Numbered from the stretch's first letter, positions 30,975-42,318 are shown. The stretch: 64,000 nt of DNA from an uncultured Clostridium sp. (GCA_948434985.1 CAOJFV010000001.1:36033-100032); one strand, 5' to 3'. Numbers and translations are program-made. The notes: generated from the letters alone by a model not told the origin.

Positions 30975-31719
30975 TTGGAATATTTAATAAAAACAACATT
31001 AATTGGTTTATTTTTCGGGACATTTGGAACAACTTTAGGAGGAATAATAGGAGTAACCTTCAAAAATACAAGCAACAAATTTTTAAGCTTTATATTATCT
31101 ATGGCATCAGGGCTAATGGTTTCTATAGTATGTTTCGAATTGGTACCAGAAGCTTTAGAAATATCTAATATAGCGCAAGTTATACTAGGTGTAATATTTG
31201 GTGTAGTATGTATGATAATTTGTGATATATTGGTTCAAAAAAAATTTAATACAAAAATAAGAGATAGTAAAAATCAAAACACATTACTGAAAACAGGAAT
31301 AGTTGTAAGTATAGGACTTGCACTTCACAATTTCCCAGAAGGACTTAGTATAGGAGCTGGATTTGGAGCATCAATAAGCTTAGGCTATTCGTTAGCTCTT
31401 GCAATTCTTTTACATGATATACCAGAAGGTGTTTCTATGGCAGTACCTATGAAAAATGGCGGAATGAAGGTATCAAAAGTAATTTTCTATGTTATATTAT
31501 CTGGTATTACAACGGGAGTAGGAGCATTCTTTGGAGCAAGTTTACGGAATTATATCGCAAGGAGTAATATCAATATGTCTTTCATTTGCAGCAGGAGCAA
31601 TGCTATATATAGTTTCTGGGGAATTATTACCAGAGTCTAATAAGCTATATAAAGGAAGAATGTCAAGTATTGGCAATATATTAGGTTTCATATTAGGAAT
31701 TTTAGCAACTACTATATAA
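30975..31719 (+). CDS. ZIP family metal transporter; needs a +1 shift at CGG 31545
   Basis: TTG start after AAGGAG. HNFPEGL and HDIPEG motifs. The shift joins ...GAFFGASL-GIISQGVISICLSFAAGAML. Confidence 0.85.
31545..31547 (+). other. in-frame CGG, +1 recoding site
   Basis: agt tta CGG aat tat. Shifted reading gives SL-GIISQG. Confidence 0.8.
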
Positions 31720-31831
31720 AATTGCATTTAATATATAACCTTTTTCTTTAAAGTAAAGTTAAAATTATTTTAATAATCTTCTAAAATATATGCTATAATA
31801 TATAAAGAAAAAATAAAAAGGATGAAATAGT

Positions 31832-32291
31832 ATGAAGATAATGTTTGTGTGTACAGGAAATATATGTAGAAGTGCAATGGCACATTGGTTAATGGAAAAA
31901 AAGATAAAAGATAATAATATAAAAAATGTAGAAATATACTCTTGCCGGAATATTTGCAAGTGATGGAGATATGGCAACATACAATGCTTGTGAAACAATG
32001 GAGGAATATGAAGTAGATTTAACTAAACATAGAGCAACAAATATAAAAAAATCTAATATAGAAGAAATGGATTTAATTTTATGTGCTACAACATCACACA
32101 AAAATACAATATTATATGAATATCCAAATTTAAAAAATAAAGTATTTACAATGAAAGAATATGTAAAAGCAAATGAAGAAAAAGAAGATCTAGATATTAA
32201 AGACCCTTGGGGATATGATATAGAAACATATAGGTTTTGTGCAAGTGAAATAGATGCATATTTAGAAAAATTAGTAAAGTTGATTTTATAA
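31832..32291 (+). CDS. low-molecular-weight protein Tyr/Arg phosphatase; needs a +1 shift at CGG 31946
   Basis: MKIMFVCTGNICRSAMA (CX5R(S/T) loop) is not in the ORF track. The shift gives YSC-GIFASDG, continuing into ORF 31971..32291 (DPWG). Confidence 0.85.
31946..31948 (+). other. in-frame CGG, +1 recoding site
   Basis: tct tgc CGG aat att tgc aag tga. Shifted reading gives SC-GIFASDGDMATY. Confidence 0.8.
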
Positions 32292-32343
32292 ACAAAATAT
32301 GTTAAAATAATAATGATATACAAAAGTATAAGAGGTGATACGT

Positions 32344-33250
32344 ATGAAAAAAATAAAAAATATAAGAGAAAAAATAATAGATAGTGATGTTAAAAAAGCA
32401 TATGACAAATATCAAATGTATTTATTGGAATTAGGTGTATATGAGAACTATATTAAAGAAAATGGACCAGATAAAATAAATATGTTTAGATTATTAAGTT
32501 TATATAAAAAAAGTGGAATAGAAGTAAAAGATAAAAAGAATATAGAAGAAAGATTTAAAAAATTTAATGAGATAGTGATGAAATCAAAACAAGAAAATCC
32601 AGAAATAGATTTAAGCGACATAAGTACTCAAGAAAATAGAAAAATAGTAAGCGATATAATATATGAAACACAAGAAGATGAAAATTTTAAAACAGCTGAT
32701 TTAAATGCAGTAGCTGTAATAGAAAATTTTTCTTTGTATGTTGCAGTTGGACAAGTAAATAGCAATCTTATAGATATTCGGAACAGCTCTTAGTGAATAT
32801 GAACTTAGCCAAGAACAATTTGAAAGAGCAAATGCATCTTATAAAAAATATGAAAACAGCAGAATAATAGATATATATAATAGACTATGTATAAAGAGGG
32901 ATCAAAAACTCCCAAATAAATCTGTCCATTATGCAGCAGGAACATTAGAACTTACACCATCGGAAGCTAGAGAGGCTTTAACAGTAATGCAAGTTTTAAA
33001 AGGGAATTATACCAAAAGTAATAGTATAGCAAAAAGATATACAGTATATAACATTAGTCAACTAGTAATTGATAATATTATGAGAGATCCTAAATTAACA
33101 GAAGAAGAAAAAAACGAAAAAATATGTGAATTAGAACTTGAAGAATACGAAAGAGTATCAAAAAATGTAGAAGAGGCAAATAGAATGCAAAATACAGATA
33201 AGTATAGAGTTGCCAGAGAAAATGAGGATGATAGTAGGGAAATTGGTTAA
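32344..33250 (+). CDS. hypothetical protein; needs a +1 shift at CGG 32779
   Basis: The shift joins ORFs 32335..32793 and 32987..33250 through an otherwise untracked open stretch. 907 nt minus 1 is divisible by 3. Confidence 0.6.
32779..32781 (+). other. in-frame CGG, +1 recoding site
   Basis: gat att CGG aac agc tct tag. Shifted reading gives DI-GTALSEYEL. Confidence 0.7.
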
Positions 33251-33290
33251 TATAGTTAAAATCTAATAAACTAATTTAAGATTATAAAGT

Positions 33291-33320
33291 GTAGGCTTGC
33301 AAACTTGTTTGCAAGCCTAT
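33291..33320. terminator. bidirectional hairpin terminator
   Basis: gtaggcttgcaaac / gtttgcaagcctat. Confidence 0.65.
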
Positions 33321-33324
33321 AGCC

Positions 33325-33639
33325 TTACTTTTGCATTATGCAAATGTTGTTTTGGAGAATGTATTGCATATTCTCCAGTGGTTGAGATAGAAAATCGTTA
33401 CTGCTGATTTTACCATTTTCTTCTAAGCGTGACTTGATAAACAAATAATTCTCTAACAATTTATCAGGTTCATACTTAGTGGACTCTTCAGTTGATAATA
33501 ATACCAAATACAAAGTCAAGAAATTCAAGGCAGAATCAGAGTCATCGAGTTCCAAGCGACCTTTGTGCGCAAAATCCAAAGCTTTTGGCACAAAAGATGC
33601 AGTATCGGTTATCTTTTCATGAATGTCCCGACCTGTCAT
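33325..33639 (-). CDS. hypothetical protein, orphan
   Basis: ORF 33325..33660. Start placed at the second Met, after GGAGGAGG. In-frame CGG (plus-strand CCG 33628-33630) at codon 4 read as sense. GC-richer 5' end. Confidence 0.5.
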   Translation of the reverse strand: MTGRDIHEKITDTASFVPKALDFAHKGRLELDDSDSALNFLTLYLVLLSTEESTKYEPDKLLENYLFIKSRLEENGKISSNDFLSQPLENMQYILQNNICIMQK

Positions 33640-33823
33640 AGTAGCTTTACCTCCTCCCATTAGATTTAGTACACATAAAATAATACCATATTTTACATAT
33701 TATGTCAAGTGAAACCAGAAATAACCAACATTGTATTACAAAAAACAATACAAAATATTGTTGACTTTTTTACTTTTTTATAATAGAATACAAACATAAA
33801 TTCGTAAGATAAGGAGCAAAAAA

Positions 33824-36104
33824 ATGCAAGATTTATTAGAAGGATTAAATGATAAGCAATATGAAGCAGTTATAAATTGTGAAGGACCAAGCCTAGTAAT
33901 AGCAGGAGCAGGAAGTGGAAAAACAAAAGTATTAACACATAAAATAGCATATTTAATACAAGAAAAAGATATAAAACCATGGAATATACTAGCCATAACA
34001 TTTACAAATAAAGCAGCAAATGAAATGAAAGAAAGAGTAGAAAACTTAGTAGGTGAAGCAGCACGCGATATGTGGATAGGAACATTCCACTCAATATGTG
34101 TAAGAATTTTAAGAAGATATATAGATAGAATAGGATATGAATCTTCATTTGTAATATTTGATACAAGTGACGGGAGGGCAATGATAAAAAACTGTTTAAA
34201 AGATTTAAACATAGACGATAAAATGTTTACAGATAGAATTGTACAATGCGAAATAAGCAATGCAAAAAACGAAATGTTAGAACCGAGCAGTTATATGGCA
34301 CGTGCAAATGGAGATTTTAGAAAAGAAAAAATAGCAAATATATATGAACTATATCAAAAAAGATTAAAAGAAAATAATGCAGTAGATTTTGATGATATAA
34401 TTAACTTTGCAATAAAAATATTAACTGAAAATCCAGACATATTAGAATACTATTCAGAAAAATTTAAATATATATTAGTAGATGAGTACCAAGATACAAA
34501 CAAAGCTCAATTTATGCTAATATCACTACTTGCAGGAAGATATGGAAATATAACAGTAGTAGGAGATAATGACCAAGGAATTTATTCATTTAGAGGAGCA
34601 GATATACAAAACATATTAAATTTCGAAAAAGATTTTCCAGGAACAAAAATAATAAAATTAGAACAAAATTATAGATGTACAGGAAATATATTAAATGTTG
34701 CGAATTCAGTAATAAAAAACAATGAAACAAAATATGAAAAAAAATTATGGACAAAAAACGAAAAAGGAAACTTGCCTACAGTACATAGAGCAGAAGATGA
34801 ATATGATGAAGCACGCTACATTGTAGAACAAATAAATCATTTAAGAAGAGAAGAATACTATAAATTTAAAGATTTTGCAGTATTATACAGAATGAATACA
34901 CAGTCACGTGCAATAGAAGAAATACTTGTAAGAGAAGACATACCATATAAAATAATAGGTGGTTTAAAATTCTATGAAAGAAAAGAAATAAAAGATATAA
35001 TTGCATATCTAAGATTAATACATAATACAAATGATAACTTAAGTCTAATCAGAATTATAAATGAACCTAAAAGAGGAATAGGAAAAACAAGTTTAGATAA
35101 TGTACAAAAACTTGCAGAAGAAACTCGGTACATCAATGTATGAAATAATAAAAAATGCAGAACAATATGGTTTGAATAGAGTATTTGTAAATTCTAGAGG
35201 ATTCATCCAAGTCATAGAAGAACTAAGAGGATTAGAAGGAAAAATTGAAATATCAGAATTAATAAAAGAAACACTAAATAAAACAGGTTACACTAAAGCA
35301 TTAGAAATTGAAAATACTGTTGAAGCAGAAAATAGAATAGAAAACTTAGAAGAATTTTTAACAGTAGCAATAGAATTTGAAGAGCAAGAAGCTGATGCAA
35401 CACTTGGCGATTTTTTGGAAAGCATAACATTATCAAGCGACATAGACAATTTAGAAGAAGAGCAAGATTCGATAACACTTATGACTCTACATAGTGCAAA
35501 AGGACTAGAATTTCCAGTAGTATTTTTAGTAGGAATGGAAGAAGGAATTTTCCCAGGTTATAAATCAATAGGGGAACCAAAAGAATTAGAAGAAGAAAGA
35601 CGTCTTTGTTATGTAGGAATAACAAGAGCAAAAAATGATTTATTTTTAACTTGTGCAAAAAGAAGAACAATATTTGGATCAACAAATTGTAATTCTATAT
35701 CAAGATTTGTAGAAGAAATTCCGGAAGAATGTGTAGAAGGATTAGAAGAAATAGAAAATAGTGTAATAGGAACTTTCGAAGATTCAAAATTTAATTGGAC
35801 ATATGGAGGAAAAGTTACAACTAGTAAAATAGAAAAAAATGAGATACCTATAAAAACAAAAAATGAAACCTTCAACTTTAGATCAGCAGAGAACTTTTTA
35901 AATAATCTAAATAAAAATCAAGAGACAAACATAGACATATCTATATATAAAGCAGGAAAAAGAGTATATCACAAAAAATTTGGAGAAGGAACAATAAATT
36001 ATGTAGAACAAGAAGGCGAAGACTTAAAAGTAGATATAACATTTGATAAAGTCGGGCATAAACGATTAATGGCAAAATTCGCAGGATTAGAAATAATTGA
36101 TTAA
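33824..36104 (+). CDS. pcrA: ATP-dependent DNA helicase PcrA; needs a +1 shift at CGG 35126
   Basis: AGAGSGKT, DEYQDTN, and the C-terminal helicase half in ORF 35100..36104. The junction reads LAEET-GTSMYEII. Confidence 0.9.
35126..35128 (+). other. in-frame CGG, +1 recoding site
   Basis: gaa act CGG tac atc aat gta tga. Shifted reading gives ET-GTSMYE. Confidence 0.8.
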
Positions 36105-36180
36105 TTTATATTGATAAATACTACAATATATGGTAAAATATTTAGGTTAAATAATTCTAAATGTAAGTGGAGGACACAAG

Positions 36181-36351
36181 ATGGCAAAAAAAGAATCATT
36201 ACGGACAGCTTTAAGTGATATGGGAGTAACAGTAGGAGTATATACTGTAAACGGGCAAACCGTTATAGCAATACACTGCGATTCCCGCATCGACAAAGAA
36301 AATGCCGAAGCTATTGTACGGATATACGATAGCAAAATAAAGATCCTTTAA
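36181..36351 (+). CDS. 56-aa hypothetical protein, orphan
   Basis: RBS GTGGAGG. Sequence MAKKESLRTALSDMGVTVGVYTVNGQTVIAIHCDSRIDKENAEAIVRIYDSKIKIL. Two in-frame CGG codons (36202, 36319) read as sense. GC-richer than its surroundings. Confidence 0.4.
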   Translation: MAKKESLRTALSDMGVTVGVYTVNGQTVIAIHCDSRIDKENAEAIVRIYDSKIKIL

Positions 36352-36373
36352 GAGACACGAATTGTAAAAAGTG

Positions 36374-36412
36374 AAAAGACGCAGAAAATTTATTTATATT
36401 CTGCGTCTTTTT
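36374..36412 (+). terminator. rho-independent terminator
   Basis: aaaagacgcagaa / ttctgcgtctttt. Confidence 0.7.
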
Positions 36413-36457
36413 GCATAAAATAATGAAATCTTGAAAATAATATTTTAGAGATAAATT

Positions 36458-36664
36458 ATGAAAGGAATGATTATTGTGGCAGATTTAAATCAATTAGAAT
36501 TACAACATTTAAGACATTTAATAGGAGCACATGAAACAGCATATCAAAAACTAAACACATTTTCTTCACAAGCAGTAGATCCACAAATTAAACAAGTATT
36601 TACAAAAGCAGCACAAGATAGCTTAAATACAAAACAAAAACTAATGTCATTTTTAAATAATTAA
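36458..36664 (+). CDS. small protein paired with the CotF-like coat protein
   Basis: 68-aa ORF directly upstream of the CotF-like gene. The start may be the internal GTG (ADLNQLELQHL). Confidence 0.55.
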   Translation: MKGMIIVADLNQLELQHLRHLIGAHETAYQKLNTFSSQAVDPQIKQVFTKAAQDSLNTKQKLMSFLNN

Positions 36665-36679
36665 TTTAGGAGGTATAAA

Positions 36680-36925
36680 ATGGATGAAAAAACAATGGTA
36701 AATGATATTTTATCAAGTGTAAAAGCAGATTTAACAGCATATCAAACAGCTATTACAGAAGCAGAAAATATGGGGTTAAGGCAAACATTACAACAAATTA
36801 GAAACAATGATGAAAGTTTTCAATATGAAATGTTTAAAATAGCTCAAACAAAAGGATACTATCAACCAGCAGCTAAAGCAACTGTAACAGAAATAACTAC
36901 TGTAAAAAACGAACTACAATCTTAA
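36680..36925 (+). CDS. spore coat protein, CotF-like
   Basis: MVNDILSSVK...AITEAENMGLRQTL...YYQPA is typical of the coat F domain. RBS AGGAGG. Confidence 0.65.
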   Translation: MDEKTMVNDILSSVKADLTAYQTAITEAENMGLRQTLQQIRNNDESFQYEMFKIAQTKGYYQPAAKATVTEITTVKNELQS

Positions 36926-36940
36926 AACAATACAAACGAT

Positions 36941-36967
36941 ATAGGGCAGGTCTTGTACCTGCCCTAT
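36941..36967. terminator. hairpin
   Basis: atagggcaggt / acctgccctat. Confidence 0.5.
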
Positions 36968-37312
36968 AAAAATAAAAAAAGGTTATAATCTTCAGAATAA
37001 TGTAGTAATTCCTATAGTGTTTATTAATATAAAGGTGCTATATTTACTGTGAATTGAGACTAAAGAATAAAAGTAAAGAAAAAATAAATTTTATTAAAAA
37101 ATTTTTTTCACTATAAATCCCTAAATTTAAACAAAATATTACAAATTTATTACAAAATATCGATATAGGAAGAAAATTAAAGAAAACAAGAGATATGGTA
37201 AAAAAATAGAGAATAATCGAAAAATACAAACTTAAGTGAAAATTGTATAAAAAAAATACTTAATATAGAATAACAGCATAAAAGAAATAAGGAGTGTATA
37301 AAAATAAACGTT

Positions 37313-38305
37313 ATGAGAAAAATATTAATACATATAAGAAACTGGATAAAGCTTATATCCGTAGTAGTTTTTGCATTATGTTTAATAGTTGGAGCAACAG
37401 CCTTTATATATAAACCAACCTATAGTGTATATTTAAATGGACAAGCAATAGGTTATACAAAGGATAAAAGTAATTTGCAACAAAAGATAAACGAATACAT
37501 AGAAAACGGAGATGGACAAAACGTAGCTTTTGTAGATGTTGAAGATTTACCAGAATATAAGTTGTGTTTATTAAAAAAGGATATAGAACCAAATGATGAC
37601 GAAATATTTGATATAGTAAAACAATCTGGAAAAACATATTACATATATTATGCTATATTACAAGATGAAGAAGAGAAATTATATGTCGCAAGTTTTGAAG
37701 AAGCTGAGCAAGCAATTAATGAATTAAAAAATAAGAATAGTAAAAATAGAGAACAACTTGCAATTAAAGAAAAATATGTATCAGAAGTAAAAGATGTTGT
37801 AACAAAAGAAGAAGTAATTTCAAAATTATATGAAAAAGAAGAAGTAGTAACAACAAAATCAATTAATACTTCATCTGGAAGTGTGAAATATGCTTCAAGT
37901 ACGAACACTTCAAGCAAAAAAATAGCATTGGGAATAAATTTAATTAAACCAGTATCAGGAACAGTAACATCAAGATTTGGTTCAAGATGGGGTTCAACTC
38001 ATAAAGGAATAGATATAGGAGCATCAAAGGGAACACCTATAAAAGCAGCAGCTTCAGGTACAGTAATTTCAGCAAGTACAGGATATAACGGTGGATATGG
38101 AAATTGTGTTGTAATATCACATGGAAATGGAATAGAAACCGCCTATGGTCATTGTAGTGCATTATATGTAAAAGTAGGACAAAAAGTATCACAAGGAGAG
38201 GTAATAGCAGCAGTTGGCAATACAGGACGTTCATTTGGAAATCATTTACATCTTGAAATAAGGATAAATGGAGTTGCACAAAACCCACAAAATTATTTAT
38301 ATTAG
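37313..38305 (+). CDS. M23 family peptidoglycan DD-metalloendopeptidase
   Basis: N-terminal TM segment. HKGIDIGA and GNHLHLEI zinc-site motifs. Confidence 0.8.
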   Translation: MRKILIHIRNWIKLISVVVFALCLIVGATAFIYKPTYSVYLNGQAIGYTKDKSNLQQKINEYIENGDGQNVAFVDVEDLPEYKLCLLKKDIEPNDDEIFDIVKQSGKTYYIYYAILQDEEEKLYVASFEEAEQAINELKNKNSKNREQLAIKEKYVSEVKDVVTKEEVISKLYEKEEVVTTKSINTSSGSVKYASSTNTSSKKIALGINLIKPVSGTVTSRFGSRWGSTHKGIDIGASKGTPIKAAASGTVISASTGYNGGYGNCVVISHGNGIETAYGHCSALYVKVGQKVSQGEVIAAVGNTGRSFGNHLHLEIRINGVAQNPQNYLY

Positions 38306-38315
38306 AGAATTATAG

Positions 38316-38346
38316 AAATGGATTGCATATATGCAATCCATTTTTT
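38316..38346. terminator. bidirectional terminator
   Basis: aaatggattgcat / atgcaatccattt followed by a T-run. Confidence 0.7.
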
Positions 38347-38383
38347 GACTAATAAATAGAATAATCATATTTAATATATAAAC

Positions 38384-39010
38384 TTAACAAAAATGCTTAA
38401 TACAAGTATAAATAGCAGTATCTTTCATAACTAAATTTCCATATTCTAATAGCTTATTTTCAAATAAATTAGCATCTTCAATAAAACGAGCAAACTCTGT
38501 AATAGAAGAACAAAATGCCTTTAGTAAATTTGTATTAATATGTATATTAGAAATTACTAGATAATATTTTGAGTTATATTCAAACAAAGATATAGTGTCA
38601 GCAAAATCATTCATATATTTTAAAATATTGTTACTTAAAAAATTACAGAAACTACAATATTCATCAAAAGTATTAAAACAATATATAGCCTTTTTTGTAT
38701 CAATTTCACAAATCTTTCGCTTAATATTAACCTTTTTCTTTTTATATGTGGTATTAGCTTTTTCTGGATTAAACCTTGTAACAGTAAGAACGAAGTTACC
38801 ATCAGACATAGCAAGTGCTTCAATCATAACCCTATAATCATCTGTAACAAATCCTACTTCCTTTTCAGCTTTATCAAGCATATCTAAAAAAATCTTTTGA
38901 GATTCAATAGAATTAGACATAAAAGTGTGAAAATCAATATTATTTTCTTCTAAATCAGTCAAATTCAAAGTTATTCTAATTTTATTATCATTAAGCTTTT
39001 CAATTTTCAT
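38384..39010 (-). CDS. mecA: adaptor protein MecA
   Basis: MKIEKLNDNKIRITLNLTDLEE N-terminus typical of MecA. Start placed at the second Met of the ORF. Confidence 0.75.
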   Translation of the reverse strand: MKIEKLNDNKIRITLNLTDLEENNIDFHTFMSNSIESQKIFLDMLDKAEKEVGFVTDDYRVMIEALAMSDGNFVLTVTRFNPEKANTTYKKKKVNIKRKICEIDTKKAIYCFNTFDEYCSFCNFLSNNILKYMNDFADTISLFEYNSKYYLVISNIHINTNLLKAFCSSITEFARFIEDANLFENKLLEYGNLVMKDTAIYTCIKHFC

Positions 39011-39248
39011 ATATATAACTACCTCCAAAATTCTTACAATTTTTAAAGTTAATTGTTATTATAATTTAATTATACTACTAAAATGAATATTTTTAAATGA
39101 ACAATTTTTGGTAAATAAAAATCAAGGCGAAAAATTTCCAGTAATAGTATATTATCAAATTTTAAAAAATGTACTAAAATAATAACATAAACTAAAAAAA
39201 AATAAAAGAAAAAGTATATAAAAAAATAAAAAAATTACCAGTATATCC

Positions 39249-39277
39249 TTGAAAAAAAAGATATATGCATATATAAT
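39249..39277 (+). promoter_or_regulatory. sigma-A promoter
   Basis: TTGAAA, 17-nt spacer, TATAAT, upstream of the DUF4321-radC-mreBCD cluster. Confidence 0.55.
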
Positions 39278-39315
39278 GTTTAAAGATTGGAAGTTAGAAA
39301 TTGGAGGGTAGAAAA

Positions 39316-39573
39316 ATGGCTACAAGAGATAAAAATATATGGATTTTAATTGTATTTATATTATCAGGGCTAGTAATAGGAGGATTGCTTGGAGAATTAG
39401 CCTCAAGGGTAGATTTTATGTGGTGGTTATCATATGGACAAGACTTTGGACTATCAAGTCCTATAGTATTAGATTTAAATATAATAAAACTTACATTTGG
39501 GTTGCAATTAAAAATAAACATAGCAAGTATAATAGGTATGGCAATAGCAATATTCATATACAGAAAGGTGTAG
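39316..39573 (+). CDS. DUF4321-like small membrane protein
   Basis: MATRDKNIWILIVFILSGLVIGGLLGE... RBS GGAGGG. Confidence 0.65.
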   Translation: MATRDKNIWILIVFILSGLVIGGLLGELASRVDFMWWLSYGQDFGLSSPIVLDLNIIKLTFGLQLKINIASIIGMAIAIFIYRKV

Positions 39574-39628
39574 GAGAATAATAAATATAAGGGAAGAAAA
39601 AATATGGGGGAAAAGAAAGGAATAAAAT

Positions 39629-40381
39629 ATGTCAGTAAAAATGAAAGAACTCCCAGAAAGTGAAAGACCTTATGAAAAACTAGAAATGTATGGAGCGGGT
39701 CAGCTCTCAAATTCAGAGTTATTATCAATAATAATAAAATGTGGAACAAAAGAAGATTCATCAGTTGCGCTTGCACAAAAAATATTAAATTTAAAAGGAA
39801 TTAACAAAGAAAAAAAATTAAATTTTTTATATGAAATTTCAATAGAAGATCTAACAAAAATAAAAGGAATTGGAAAAGTAAAAGCAATACAAATCGTAGC
39901 TACTTGTGAACTAGCAAAAAGAATGTCTAAGCCAGTTAATTCAATGAAAATGGTGCTTAAAAATACAAGTGATGTGGCAAAATTATTAATGGAAGAACTA
40001 AAAAATGAAAAAAGAGAAATTGCAAAACTTTTAATGTTGAATTCAAAAAACATACTACTTAGAATAGTAGATATAGCATTAGGTGGAGGGAATTTTGCAA
40101 ATATAGAGCCTAAAATAATATTAAGAGAGCCAATACAAATAGGAGCCCAAAAAATAATTCTTGTACATAATCACCCAAGTGGAGATTCAACTCCAAGTGA
40201 AGAAGATAACAGAATGACAGATAGAATATATGAAGCTGCTGATATTCTAGGAATACAATTAGTAGACCATATAATAATAGGAGATAATCAATATACAAGT
40301 ATATATAAATACAAAATGGAAAATAAAAGAATATATGAAAAACCACAAATTGGATTTAAAGGAATAAATTCTAAGAATTAA
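39629..40381 (+). CDS. radC: RadC-family JAMM protein
   Basis: ERPYEKL, HhH region IKGIGKVKA, and the HNHPSGD JAMM motif. Confidence 0.85.
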   Translation: MSVKMKELPESERPYEKLEMYGAGQLSNSELLSIIIKCGTKEDSSVALAQKILNLKGINKEKKLNFLYEISIEDLTKIKGIGKVKAIQIVATCELAKRMSKPVNSMKMVLKNTSDVAKLLMEELKNEKREIAKLLMLNSKNILLRIVDIALGGGNFANIEPKIILREPIQIGAQKIILVHNHPSGDSTPSEEDNRMTDRIYEAADILGIQLVDHIIIGDNQYTSIYKYKMENKRIYEKPQIGFKGINSKN

Positions 40382-40438
40382 GAAATGATAACATTAAACG
40401 ATAAATATTTATATAAAGTGAAAGGATTGGTAAATTAA

Positions 40439-41471
40439 ATGAAACTTTTTGGTTTTGGTAATAGGGATATTGGGATAGATCTTGGAACTGCAAATATGTT
40501 GGTTACTCTAAAAGGAAAAGGAATTATATTAAAAGAACCATCAGTAGTGGCAATAGATAGAAGAAGTGAAGAGATTGTAGCAACTGGAGAAGAAGCAAAA
40601 GAAATGATTGGAAGAACTCCAGATAGAATAAAAGCGGTAAGACCATTAAAAGATGGAGTAATAGCAGATTTTACAGCAACTGGATTAATGTTAAAAAATA
40701 CAATTTCAAAAGTGTGTAAAAAATATAATATAGGAAGGCCAAGAGTAGTGGTTGGAGTTCCTTCAGGAATTACAGAAGTAGAAGAAAGAGCAGTAGAAGA
40801 AGCTGTTATGCAAGCAGGAGCAAAAGAAGTATATTTAATAGAAGAACCAATGGCAGCAGCAATTGGGGCAAATTTAGATGTAGCAGAACCAAGTGGAAAT
40901 ATTGTTGTAGATATAGGTGGAGGAACAACAGAAGTAGCAGTTGTATCATTGCGGGGGAATAGTTGTTAGTAATTCATTACGAGTAGCGGGAGATGAATTA
41001 GATGAAGATATAATAAGCTATGTTAAAAAAGAAATGAATTTAAGTATAGGAGAAATTGAGGCAGAAGAAATAAAGAAAGAGATAGGTTGTGCATTACCAC
41101 CTATGACTGAAATGAGTAAAGAAATAAGAGGAAGAGACCTTACAACAGGACTACCAAAAAATTTAATTATAACATCAAATCAAGTACAAATTGCAATGGA
41201 AGAATCAATGAATGAGATAGTAGAAATAGTAAAAACAACTCTAGAAAAAACGCCACCAGAACTTGCATCAGATATAATGGAAAAAGGGATAGTGTTAGCA
41301 GGAGGAGGAGCATTAATACAAAATTTAGATAAACTTCTAAGTAAAAAAACAGGAATGCCAGTATATATAGCAGAAGCTCCTCTAGATTGTGTAGTAAAAG
41401 GTACAGGAAAAACTTTAGAAGATTTAGATAGATTAAAATCAGTTTTAATTAATTCTAGGAGAAGAAGATAA
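40439..41471 (+). CDS. mreB: rod shape-determining protein MreB; needs a +1 shift at CGG 40952
   Basis: [13 protein letters not shown], then [31 protein letters not shown] across the junction. 1033 nt minus 1 is divisible by 3. Confidence 0.95.
40952..40954 (+). other. in-frame CGG, +1 recoding site
   Basis: tca ttg CGG ggg aat agt tgt tag. Shifted reading gives SL-GGIVVS, the conserved MreB ISLGGIV motif. Confidence 0.85.
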
Positions 41472-41495
41472 GACGCATATAATAGGAGGTAAAAG

Positions 41496-42306
41496 GTGTA
41501 TAAGAAAAAAACAAGCATTGTAGGAATAATAATAACAATAATAGTACTAATAATTCTAGTATTCATATCAAATATGAATGTAGAAAACTTATCATATATA
41601 GAGAATGCAGTTTCAACAATAGTAATGCCAATACAGAATGGACTTACTTATTTAAAAAATAAAATAACAGGAAACAATACATTTTTTACAGACATTAGCA
41701 AATTACAAGAAGAAAACGAACAATTAAAAAAGAAAAACACTGAATTGGAAACAACATTAAGAGAACTAGAAATAATAAAAGCAGAAAATGCAACTCTTAA
41801 AGAATATCTAAATTTATCAGAGGCATATGCAAATTACGAAACCAAACCAGCCTATATAATAAGCAAAGATATAAGTAATTATAGTAAAGTGTTTATAATA
41901 AACTTAGGTTCAAAAGATGGAATAGAAAAAGATATGACAGTTATATCAGAAAAAGGACTAGTTGGGCATATAATTCAAACTACAAACCATACATCAAAAG
42001 TTCAAACAATAATAGATACTGGAAGTACAGTAAGTGCCACTATGACAAGTTCAAGAGATAATATAATACTAAAAGGTACATTAGAAGAAGGAACATTAAA
42101 GGCAAGCTATATTAAACCATCTGCTAACTTAATACAAGGAGATGTAATAGAAACCTCACGGAATGGGAGGGATATATCCAAAAGGAATAAAAATAGGAAC
42201 AATTAAAAAGATAGAGAATACAAAAAATATAGTAGATAGAGTAGCTTATATAGAACCAGCAGTAGATTTTGATAAAGTAGAAACAGTACTTGTAATTACG
42301 AAATAA
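41496..42306 (+). CDS. mreC: rod shape-determining protein MreC; needs a +1 shift at CGG 42159
   Basis: GTG start after AGGAGG. Coiled coil. The shift restores TS-GMGGIYPKGIKIGTI and about 48 further residues. Confidence 0.9.
42159..42161 (+). other. in-frame CGG, +1 recoding site
   Basis: acc tca CGG aat ggg. Shifted reading gives TS-GMGGIYPKG. Confidence 0.8.
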
Positions 42307-42318
42307 ATCTTTAGATTT

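Noticed and set aside
36147-36335. 62-aa minus-strand ORF.
   Set aside because: The plus strand has an RBS-preceded ORF plus a terminator at 36181..36351. The minus-strand ORF lacks an RBS.
39339-39581. 80-aa ORF in another frame of the DUF4321-like gene.
   Set aside because: The overlapping frame (39316..39573) has the RBS and a membrane-protein-like sequence.
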